A stretch of DNA of 64,000 bases from positions 23,988-87,987 of the forward strand of contig DUSI01000010.1 in the NCBI GenBank assembly GCA_012842685.1. Reading direction: 5' to 3'. The position numbers and the translations under genes are program-made. Within the stretch, counting starts at the first letter, position 1; each line of letters begins with the position of its first letter. The notes under the pieces were generated by a model that worked only from the letters and a program-made list of their open reading frames with translations, was not told the origin of the DNA and did not search any database. Source of the stretch: Candidatus Fermentithermobacillaceae bacterium. GTDB taxonomy: Bacteria; Bacillota; Sulfobacillia; Fermentithermobacillales; Fermentithermobacillaceae. This document shows, piece after piece, positions 10,267 through 18,185 of this stretch.

Positions 10267-10710
10267 TTAGGACCGCATCAAAAAAGTTACTTTGGTGTTG
10301 AGTGAGATGCCTCTCTTCTCGCCGCAGCGGAGGTCGCCCCTCAGGACTATGTTCATGTGGTTGGGGAAGTGGCTCATGTCGAACCCGGCAAGTTCGCCGA
10401 TCTCCTCCCCTTCGATACAGACCTTGTCTCCCGCGAGGAGGACGCCTCCCTGCTGGAACTCTACGAAGGCCAGGTAGGCGATGGAACCCACCCGATCCCC
10501 GGGGGACACAGGTTCGGGCGTCACGATGAGCTCGTGCACTTCGCCCTTGGACACGGTCCTCGAAGGTTGCGGGATGAGCTCGAGCCCCCTGTCGGGTACG
10601 GTCCCTCTCAGGACGGCGACCACCACGCCTTCCAGAGGCACTTTGTCCACATAGGCGTTGGACGTGACCTTCTTGCTGACGTATGGGTCGTTCTTTGCCA
10701 CTTCTCTCAC
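10267..10710 (-). CDS. small subunit-like protein (147 aa) encoded immediately upstream of the SelA-like enzyme; OrtA-like partner candidate
   Basis: co-oriented, 29-nt gap to the downstream gene; no recognisable catalytic motif. Confidence 0.55.
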   Translation of the reverse strand: MREVAKNDPYVSKKVTSNAYVDKVPLEGVVVAVLRGTVPDRGLELIPQPSRTVSKGEVHELIVTPEPVSPGDRVGSIAYLAFVEFQQGGVLLAGDKVCIEGEEIGELAGFDMSHFPNHMNIVLRGDLRCGEKRGISLNTKVTFLMRS

Positions 10711-10743
10711 CTCTTAGGGCGCCTCATGTTGTGTTCGGCGACG

Positions 10744-10759
10744 AATGAGTGGTATCATT
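10744..10759. promoter_or_regulatory. inverted repeat AATGA-N6-TCATT in the divergent promoter region; candidate operator for the adjacent FCD regulator
   Basis: read directly; lies between divergently transcribed genes. Confidence 0.3.
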
Positions 10760-10812
10760 CATGTGACCTATTCACCATTGATGAGCAGATCCCTTCATGT
10801 CGGCGAAGATAA

Positions 10813-11610
10813 ATGTGCGACTTTCTGTGGGAGGTGACCAACATCCCATCGTATCAGAGCGACAACGCATACTTGACAGCCCTCCATGTAGTTGCAGAAT
10901 CGGAAGTCCCCGTGGGGGCGTGGTACCTGCGCAGGGCCTTGTCCGAAAGGGGCATCCGGGTTTCGGAGGCGACGTGCGGAAGGCTCCTCAGGATGATGGA
11001 AGACGCCGGCCACGTGGAAGCCAAGAGCCGCAAAGGGCGGGTTCTCACCCCCAGGGGCCAGCGTGTGCTCCAGGAATGGCAGGAGCGGCTCAAGCGGGAC
11101 AGGAGCCAGACGGCTTTTGTCCAGAGCCTCAGGGTTCACAACCCGGAAGAGCTTGTTGACGTCCTTATCGCCAGGCGAGCTCTTGAAGGAGAAGCCGCTG
11201 CCTTGGCCGCGGAGAACGCTACCCCCGAAGAGATAGGCCGGCTCCGCAACATCATCAGAGAGCACGAAGCAGCTCTCTCGGCCCAGCAGTCGGGCGCCGA
11301 GGAAAACACCGCTTTCCATCTGACGCTGGCGGAAGCCAGCAGGAACAAAGTCATCGTGGCCGCTCTGGATGTCATCTACAGGCACCCCGATGTGATGACT
11401 TCCCTCGAGTACATCCGTGCCCATGCCGGATCCAAAATGGCCGCCGACCACAACCCTGTACTTAACGCCGTGGCGCAGAGAGACCCTGACGCTGCGCGCG
11501 CGGCCATGATCCAACACATCAACAACGTGATAGAGGACGTGAAAACGTACCTCCGAACGTTGGCGTCGGAGGGGGAATCAGAAGTTGTCAGCAAGACAGA
11601 AAATCCTTGA
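10813..11610 (+). CDS. transcriptional regulator with an N-terminal winged-helix and a C-terminal FadR-type ligand-binding (FCD) domain
   Basis: C-terminal helical bundle VLIARRALEGEAAALAAENATPEEIGRLRNII...HLTLAEASRNKVIVAAL typical of GntR/FadR FCD domains. Confidence 0.75.
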   Translation: MCDFLWEVTNIPSYQSDNAYLTALHVVAESEVPVGAWYLRRALSERGIRVSEATCGRLLRMMEDAGHVEAKSRKGRVLTPRGQRVLQEWQERLKRDRSQTAFVQSLRVHNPEELVDVLIARRALEGEAAALAAENATPEEIGRLRNIIREHEAALSAQQSGAEENTAFHLTLAEASRNKVIVAALDVIYRHPDVMTSLEYIRAHAGSKMAADHNPVLNAVAQRDPDAARAAMIQHINNVIEDVKTYLRTLASEGESEVVSKTENP

Positions 11611-11821
11611 CGCGTGTGACATAGAGACCTTCTTTGTGTGCAAAGACGCAGAAGAGGGAAAGAGACTTGGGTTGGCCCTCATGAAAGAACTGGGGTTCGC
11701 CGATTGTGACGTGGTGTTCTCCGAGATGGCAGGCCCCGGAGCCCGCGTGAGGGTAAGGGGGTATGTAAACCGTCCGGGTAGCACCTACACCTGGCGGCAG
11801 GAAGGAGGACGCCCATCGTGA
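11585..11821 (+). CDS. 78-aa protein translationally coupled to the B12-binding mutase-like gene; possible small subunit
   Basis: TTG start 8 nt after GGAGGGGG; stop overlaps the GTG of the next gene (GTGA). Confidence 0.4.
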   Translation: MSARQKILDACDIETFFVCKDAEEGKRLGLALMKELGFADCDVVFSEMAGPGARVRVRGYVNRPGSTYTWRQEGGRPS

Positions 11822-13641
11822 GCGCCGGCGCAGGCCAGAAGATCTTGATCGTGCCCCTGGATCCGGTACACGACGTGGGGGCTAAACTCATCGCCAGGAC
11901 CTTGCGGGAGAGAGGCCATTCGGTGACGCTCCTCCCGCCTGATCTTTCTATCGAAGAAGTGATATCCAGGGCCCGGCAGATGGTACCAGACTTCATCATG
12001 GTCAGCCGCACCATCAGCTACGACACTCCCGAGATCCTCGCGAAATTCGCCGACATGTGCGACGTGGCGGGCCTGAGGAGCCACGCCAAGCTGGTCGTCG
12101 GCGGTATGAGCATCCGCAAGGAGATGGCGCAGGAACTCGGTTTCGACGCCGGGTTTGGCCCGGAGACCACCCTGGAGGAAGTGGCCGATTACGTCGAAGG
12201 GAAGGTTCACCACGAGGAAGGAAAGGCGTACACCGGGACAAAACCGGACCTCACGAGAGGCTACAAATACGAGTTCGTGGATAAGGAGATAGGCGATCTC
12301 TGCGTGGCCATCGCCCGCCAGCTGATAGACTGGGCTTCAGAGCGTACGAGCCCGGGCGTGGAGAGGGCGAGGCTCCGGCTGGAGATGGAGAAAGCGAGGG
12401 GCGCGGGAGACGAGTCCCTCGCCCGCGAGCTCAGGGCGAAATACGCCTCTCTGACGGGCGGAGATGTCCGCAAGTGGTACGAAAGCGGCGCGCCCATACC
12501 TCACACGAGACCCCTCACGGCCGACGAGGTCGCGGCGCTTGAGGGCATGGATGAGGGTATCCCGGCACAGCTTCTGTCTCAGAAGCCGCTGGAACCCTCG
12601 AACGTGATCATCCAGTACGGCACCGGCTGTCCCGTGATGGATGCCTACCATATTAGACTTTCCCTGGCGTGGGGAGCGAAAGGCGCCGTGCATTTCGACC
12701 CGTCGTGGGGAGCGAGAACCGAGGGCCTTGCGGAAGGCACGCTCAGCCACCAGCACGACGGGACCGTGCTCACCCTAGAGAACCTCAGGCTCCTCAAGCG
12801 GGCGGTCCATCCGGCTGCGCTCTGGCAAGTGAGGGCCCACAGGGGCCTCAATACCCCCGAGACCGTGGTGCTCGCCCACCTTTCAGGGGCCGACCTCACG
12901 AAGATAAACATCGTCTACGGGAGCCTCGGGGCCGGGACAGACCCCGCCAGGCTGGCGGTGGACGGCGTAGAATGTCTCAGGCTCGCGGCCTCCTTCGGGC
13001 TTCCCTATGACGTGGTGACCAACGAGGAGCTCTGCGGCGTGCCTGCCAGGAAGGCTTTCGCGGGAATGCTGGTCGTAGCCACTGCAGGCGTCCTCCTGGG
13101 CGGCAGGCCCATCCTGCAGCCTCTCTTCGCCGATTCCCCGGAGGCCATGGTCTCCGGCTTTACCCGGGATAACTTGGTGGACTTCAACGCCGCAAAGATG
13201 ATCGCCCTGAAGAGCATAATGGACGCGCCCATATGGCCGGGCGCCCCCGTAGGGTTCATGACCCAGACTCAAGACAGGTGCCAGTCTTCAACGATGACTG
13301 CGCTTCACGCCGCGCTGGGCCTCAGGTTGGGCGCTGAAGCGGTCACGATCGCTTCGAGCGATGAGGCTTACGCGGGCGGGCCCATCTCTGCCCAGGCCAG
13401 GGTAGACACTCTCAAGGCGGTGGCGGCAGCCCTTAAGTTCTTCGGCTCGACCCGCATCGCTCCCACCCCCAGGGCGGAAGAGATGGCGGCCGAACTGAGG
13501 AAAGGCATAAAGGAGACCCTCGAGAGAGTCTACGAGAGAGGCGACTTCGTGGCATCCCTCTATGAGGGGCTCCTGGGAGATAGGGAGGACGGGGCCTATC
13601 CCGGCAGGGCAGGAAGAGATACCGTTACCCTTCGGAAATAG
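11818..13641 (+). CDS. cobalamin-binding mutase-type protein: N-terminal B12 Rossmann domain fused to a ~470-aa C-terminal catalytic domain
   Basis: KILIVPLDPVHDVGAKLI (DxHxxG), ...FIMVSRTISYD..., LVVGGM... aligns with the GlmS/MutS-type B12 domain; GAAGGAGGA RBS 8 nt before the GTG. Confidence 0.8.
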   Translation: MSAGAGQKILIVPLDPVHDVGAKLIARTLRERGHSVTLLPPDLSIEEVISRARQMVPDFIMVSRTISYDTPEILAKFADMCDVAGLRSHAKLVVGGMSIRKEMAQELGFDAGFGPETTLEEVADYVEGKVHHEEGKAYTGTKPDLTRGYKYEFVDKEIGDLCVAIARQLIDWASERTSPGVERARLRLEMEKARGAGDESLARELRAKYASLTGGDVRKWYESGAPIPHTRPLTADEVAALEGMDEGIPAQLLSQKPLEPSNVIIQYGTGCPVMDAYHIRLSLAWGAKGAVHFDPSWGARTEGLAEGTLSHQHDGTVLTLENLRLLKRAVHPAALWQVRAHRGLNTPETVVLAHLSGADLTKINIVYGSLGAGTDPARLAVDGVECLRLAASFGLPYDVVTNEELCGVPARKAFAGMLVVATAGVLLGGRPILQPLFADSPEAMVSGFTRDNLVDFNAAKMIALKSIMDAPIWPGAPVGFMTQTQDRCQSSTMTALHAALGLRLGAEAVTIASSDEAYAGGPISAQARVDTLKAVAAALKFFGSTRIAPTPRAEEMAAELRKGIKETLERVYERGDFVASLYEGLLGDREDGAYPGRAGRDTVTLRK

Positions 13642-13694
13642 GCCGGAAAGCCAGATTTCGGTCAAGCGATTATCACAAGAGGTGGCCCCAGTCC

Positions 13695-14915
13695 TTGGCT
13701 AAGATACTCGGAATAGCGGGAACTGCTAAGAATACCGGCAAGACCACCACCTTACAGGCGGTGGTCCGTTTTCTGCGTGAGATGAGGACCGGCGTGTACC
13801 TCACCAGCATCGGTTACGACGGAGAGGAAGTGGACACCGTCACGGGGCTCCCCAAGCCGAAGGTGGTCGTCGAGGAAGGCGACATGGTGGCCACCGCCCT
13901 CCCGCTTCTCAAAGCGTCTCCGGCGAGGTTCACGCGGCTGGAGTACACGGGGGTAGACTGCGCTCTGGGCCCCGTGTACTCCGGCGTGGCCACAAGCCCA
14001 GGGAGGGTTGTGCTGGCGGGGCCTTTGAGCACCAGGGACGTTGCGACCGTGCTCAAGAGCGCTCCCACCGAGAGAGTTGTTCTCCTCGACGGCGCCTTCT
14101 CACGTCTCGCGCCCATGGTGCTGGCGGATGCCCTGATCCTTGCCACCGGCGCGGCCAGGTCTCCCGACGCCAGGCGGATCGCCGCAGAGATGGAAGCGCT
14201 GTCGTCGGTATTCGGGCTTCCTGAACACGCAGGTTACGCCGCTTCGGGAGGCGGGAACTCCGGAGAAGCATGGGTTCCCAAGGACTCTGACTTCCTTACT
14301 TTCGCCGAAGGCCTCTTTGTGGATGGGCAGGATCTGGACATCGTCTCGGGCGTGGCGGGGGCGTTGGGGATCGACCCGTCTCAAGTCGCTCCGGCGCCTT
14401 CCTCGCCTATGGGAGTGACGCTCTGCGGTGAGGACATGGATGAGACCGCGAGGCCTGCCGTGACGGTCCAGATAGACGGAGTAGTCAACCCGACAGTATT
14501 CCTGGCCATGGCGGAGAAGGTCGCCGGGGTAATAGCCGGGAATTCGCGGCGCCCGTGCTCTGGGATGAGATATGAGGCTACGCCGCGGTTCTCCGTGGAG
14601 TTCGTCCTGGACCATCCGGTGCACCTGCTCCTCTCGGGAGACATAGCCGAGTGGGTGGGAGCCCTGAGGAAAGTGGGAGAGATGGGATTTCGCGTAAGCC
14701 TCAAGAGGCGGACTGAGCTCTTGGGCTTTACGGTGAACCCTTTCCGGCCCGAGTACGACCCCATAAGGAACGCCTACGTCGCGCTATATGTGGACGCAGG
14801 GGAATACCTCAAGGAAATCCGGAGCATAACCCAGGTACGTTGTACCGACATTGTCTACGAAGGGACCCACGCCCTTGAGTCGTGGCTCGTTGAGGCAGAT
14901 CTCGCAGGTTCCTGA
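13695..14915 (+). CDS. P-loop NTPase with CobQ/CobB/BioD-like (dethiobiotin-synthetase) fold N-terminus, 406 aa
   Basis: Walker A GIAGTAKNTGKTTT at the extreme N-terminus; TTG start. Confidence 0.7.
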   Translation: MAKILGIAGTAKNTGKTTTLQAVVRFLREMRTGVYLTSIGYDGEEVDTVTGLPKPKVVVEEGDMVATALPLLKASPARFTRLEYTGVDCALGPVYSGVATSPGRVVLAGPLSTRDVATVLKSAPTERVVLLDGAFSRLAPMVLADALILATGAARSPDARRIAAEMEALSSVFGLPEHAGYAASGGGNSGEAWVPKDSDFLTFAEGLFVDGQDLDIVSGVAGALGIDPSQVAPAPSSPMGVTLCGEDMDETARPAVTVQIDGVVNPTVFLAMAEKVAGVIAGNSRRPCSGMRYEATPRFSVEFVLDHPVHLLLSGDIAEWVGALRKVGEMGFRVSLKRRTELLGFTVNPFRPEYDPIRNAYVALYVDAGEYLKEIRSITQVRCTDIVYEGTHALESWLVEADLAGS

Positions 14916-14989
14916 CCGCCGAGAGGAGACCTCAATGCCGCCCGAAGGCAGGCGGCGCAAAGCCACGAGCGCCCCTTGAAGGCACCCGG

Positions 14990-16174
14990 TCAGACTCGCT
15001 GGGATAGGATCTCTCTAAGCGCCCGGGCCAGGTATTCGTAGTCGCTCAGGGTGTTGTACGCCTGTGCCGAGACCCGGACAAGGCGCCGTCCCGCCTGAGG
15101 CCAGCTGACTATGGGCACCTCGATCCGGTAGTCGTCGTAAAGCTTCTCCTTCACCCGGTCGAGGGATATTCCCGAAGGGGCCTTGATGGGCTCTTCGAGA
15201 GGAAGGAGTGGCGGGGCGGCCATGGATCCCAGCATCCGGTCGGGGCAAGGCGGCTCGCATTCGAAAGCCTCGCACAGGAGGTCCTTGGCGGCGACCGCGA
15301 GTCTATGGTTTCGCTCCATGAGTTCGCCGATGCCTCCGGGATACAGAGACCCCAGGAAGTCGATGCAGTCTCCCACCAGGATGTAGGGCGTGTAGTCGTC
15401 GGTCCCGGTCCAGTCGAACTCGAGGTGGAGGAAGCTCTTGTCCGTTCTGGTCGAGTTCGCGCCGTGGCTTATGACAAGAGGCCTTATCCCTTTTTTCTTA
15501 TCTTCCCGGATGTAGAGGAACCCCGAGCCTTTGGGCGCGCAAAGCCATTTGTGGCAGTTCCCCGTATAGTAGGCGACGCCCAACTTGTGGAGATCGAGGG
15601 GGATCATGCCGGGAGCGTGCGCCCCATCGACCATGACATCAATCCCCTTTGAAGCGAGCTCGGCCGCAATCCTCTCGACCGGGAAAATGACCGCGGTCGG
15701 ACTCGTGACGTGGTCTATGAGGACGAGCTTTGTCCTCTCCGTAAGTGCGCCCAAGACCGCGTCTATCACTTCTTCTTCCGACTGAAGCGGGAAGGGCACG
15801 TGGGCGGTTACGACCTTGGCACCTGTCTTTCGGGCTACGTGGATGGCCGCGTTGTTGCAGGCGTTGTATATGTGGTCGGTGACGAGTATCTCGTCGCCGG
15901 GCGAGAAATTCAGCGAGGCGAGCACCGTGTTAACGCCCGTCGTCGCGTTGGGTACGAAAACAAGATCCTCAGGAGACGCGCCCACGAGAGAGGCCAGTTT
16001 TCTCCTGGAGGCGTCCAGGAGCTCATCTAGCTCCTTCTGGAAGTGCCTCACGGGCTGGCTCTCGATGTGCAGCCTCAGTAGGTGCTGCTTCTCGATGATG
16101 GCCTTCGGCATGGCTCCGAAGGAGCCGTGGTTCAGGAATGTAAACGTATCGTCTAGGTTCCAGAGGTGCTTCAC
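14990..16174 (-). CDS. class-V aminotransferase-fold PLP enzyme (isopenicillin-N-epimerase / cysteine-desulfurase-like)
   Basis: HKWLCAPKGSGFLYIR PLP-lysine region; N-terminus LNHGSFGAMPKAI. Confidence 0.85.
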   Translation of the reverse strand: MKHLWNLDDTFTFLNHGSFGAMPKAIIEKQHLLRLHIESQPVRHFQKELDELLDASRRKLASLVGASPEDLVFVPNATTGVNTVLASLNFSPGDEILVTDHIYNACNNAAIHVARKTGAKVVTAHVPFPLQSEEEVIDAVLGALTERTKLVLIDHVTSPTAVIFPVERIAAELASKGIDVMVDGAHAPGMIPLDLHKLGVAYYTGNCHKWLCAPKGSGFLYIREDKKKGIRPLVISHGANSTRTDKSFLHLEFDWTGTDDYTPYILVGDCIDFLGSLYPGGIGELMERNHRLAVAAKDLLCEAFECEPPCPDRMLGSMAAPPLLPLEEPIKAPSGISLDRVKEKLYDDYRIEVPIVSWPQAGRRLVRVSAQAYNTLSDYEYLARALREILSQRV

Positions 16175-16423
16175 GACTTAACCCTCCCCGGCCCGCTTCT
16201 AGCGGGCGTCAAGCAGCCGCAGTGTCTGCGGGCGTACCTAGAGGAAGATTCGGCAAGGTCCATCCCACACCTTCGCGCTCCACAGAAACTCATGATAACC
16301 GGCCCGTGTCCCACGGTAGGGTGCACGGATAACCGAAGTTTTTCCTTCTCTCTTCCGGCGTCCGGAGGAAGCTGGGGCCAGGCAGGCGAAGAATGACCCA
16401 ATCAGAGTGCGGGAGGGGTTCTT

Positions 16424-17182
16424 GTGCAGGAGATGAAAGGGAAAGCGGTCATCGTGACCGGAGCATCCAGCGGGATCGGAAGGGCATGCGCCCTGAAGTT
16501 CCTAGAGGCGGGGTGCAAGGTGGCTGCCGTCGCCAGGAGAAAAGAGCTCTTGGAGGCTCTGGCTGAAGGCTCGAAGGACATGCTTCCCATCCCCGCCGAC
16601 ATCACGGTTCCCGCCGAGGTGGACCGCGTGGTAGAAGAGACCGTCAAAGCCTTCGGTGGGATAGACGTCGTGGTGAACGCCGCAGGAATCCTGAGAAGCG
16701 GCAACATCGAGAGTACATCTCTCGACGATTGGGATGAGATGATGGCCCTAAACGTCAGGGCGCCCTTCTACCTCATCAAAAAAGCCATGCCTTACCTAAT
16801 CGAGCGCAAGGGCAACGTGGTGAACGTATCGAGCGTAAACGGCTTGAGGGCCTTTCCCGGAGTCCTCGCCTACTGCGTAAGCAAGGCGGCTCTCGACCAC
16901 CTCACAAGATGCGTTGCCCTCGAGGTTGCATCCAAGGGCGTGCGCGTGAACGCCGTGAACCCCGGGGTGACCCTCACGAACCTCCACAAAGCCGGCGGGA
17001 TGGACGACGAAGCGTACCGAGCGTTCCTGGAGAGGAGCAAGACCACTCACCCCCTGGGGAGGGTCGGGACGCCCGAAGAAGTGGCCGAACTCATATTCTT
17101 CCTCGCGTCGCCCAAGGCCGGGTGGATAACCGGCGCTTGCTACTCGATAGACGGCGGAAGGGGCCAGACGTGCCTGAGGTAG
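16424..17182 (+). CDS. short-chain dehydrogenase/reductase (FabG-like)
   Basis: TGASSGIGRA cofactor motif, NAAG, catalytic YCVSK; GTG start 5 nt after GGGAGGGG. Confidence 0.9.
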   Translation: MQEMKGKAVIVTGASSGIGRACALKFLEAGCKVAAVARRKELLEALAEGSKDMLPIPADITVPAEVDRVVEETVKAFGGIDVVVNAAGILRSGNIESTSLDDWDEMMALNVRAPFYLIKKAMPYLIERKGNVVNVSSVNGLRAFPGVLAYCVSKAALDHLTRCVALEVASKGVRVNAVNPGVTLTNLHKAGGMDDEAYRAFLERSKTTHPLGRVGTPEEVAELIFFLASPKAGWITGACYSIDGGRGQTCLR

Positions 17183-17249
17183 CCTGGGCATCCTGGCCCT
17201 TTGGCCCTGCGTTTATTTCGGTTCTCTCCTTATCAATGTAAAGTAGGCC

Positions 17250-17279
17250 TTGACACGACAGGTGGCACAGGCCTACCAT
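17250..17279 (+). promoter_or_regulatory. putative sigma-A promoter for the XRE-cupin regulator (TTGACA-N18-TACCAT)
   Basis: hexamers read directly; the -10 is imperfect. Confidence 0.3.
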
Positions 17280-17343
17280 ATTTGTAGGATTGTGAAAGGC
17301 ATCACAAGGATTATCCGAGATACGTATCGGAGGAGGCGATCCC

Positions 17344-17889
17344 ATGGAGTTTGGCGCCCGCCTCAGGAGAATCCGGATGACTCAAGGTATTTCCGTAAGG
17401 GAATTCGCGAGACGTGTAGGAGTATCAGGCTCATATATATCCCAGCTTGAGAGCAATGAATGCAAACCATCGTATTCAGTCCTCAAAAGGATCGCGGAAG
17501 AACTCGGAACCACAGTCAGCGTTCTCACGGAAGACAGGCTCCCGGAAGAATGGGTCGTGGTTAAGGCCAGCGCGAGGAGGCGCCTTGTCACCGGGTTTCC
17601 CGGCGTCGAGGTGGAGCTCGTGACCTTTCTCGGACAGCGGGATAAGTCCATGCAGTCTTGCTTCGTGAGGATGAAACCTGGTTCAGAGGCAGTGGATCCG
17701 GTGTTTAGCCACGAAAGGGAAGACATGATTTACGTGACCAAAGGCACCGTGATCATCTACTCCGACGGTCAGGAGTACGTCCTGAACGAGGGTGACGTTG
17801 GTTATTTCAACTTCCAGAGCCCCGAGAAATTCATAAACCCCGGACCGGGCGACGCTGCCTTTTTCTGGGTAGTATCGCCGTCCAGGTAG
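17344..17889 (+). CDS. XRE-family HTH transcriptional regulator with a C-terminal cupin sensor domain
   Basis: ISVREFARRVGVSGSYISQLE HTH; C-terminal cupin barrel. Confidence 0.85.
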   Translation: MEFGARLRRIRMTQGISVREFARRVGVSGSYISQLESNECKPSYSVLKRIAEELGTTVSVLTEDRLPEEWVVVKASARRRLVTGFPGVEVELVTFLGQRDKSMQSCFVRMKPGSEAVDPVFSHEREDMIYVTKGTVIIYSDGQEYVLNEGDVGYFNFQSPEKFINPGPGDAAFFWVVSPSR

Positions 17890-17906
17890 CGGACGGGGGG
17901 GTAGCC

Positions 17907-18185
17907 GTGGTGACGATAACGGTTTGCGTGGGAAGCTCGTGTTTCCTCCGCGGTGCATCTCAGGTGATAGAAGGATTTCGTGCCCTGATCGAGCGAGAAG
18001 CGCCGGGAGTTGTCGAACTCAAGGGCAGCTTTTGCATGGAACGGTGCGGCAACGGGGTGACGGTGAAGATCGGAGATGTCATCCTGGCCGACGTCCATCC
18101 GGAAGATGTGGAGAACGTTTTTCGAGAGCACGTGCTGCCCGCCTTAGGAAGAAACGCGGAGTGTGGCCAACATGTCCATCATTGA
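17907..18185 (+). CDS. NuoE-like thioredoxin-fold [2Fe-2S] ferredoxin (HfsA-like)
   Basis: four Cys in the NuoE pattern (TITVCVGSSCF...GSFCMERCGNG); GTG start 6 nt after a G-run. Confidence 0.75.
   Translation: MVTITVCVGSSCFLRGASQVIEGFRALIEREAPGVVELKGSFCMERCGNGVTVKIGDVILADVHPEDVENVFREHVLPALGRNAECGQHVHH

Noticed and set aside
16175-16423. Intergenic region between the class-V PLP gene and the SDR as a regulatory RNA or riboswitch
   Set aside because: It contains the divergent promoters but no conserved riboswitch-like core was recognised. Only promoter function is inferred.
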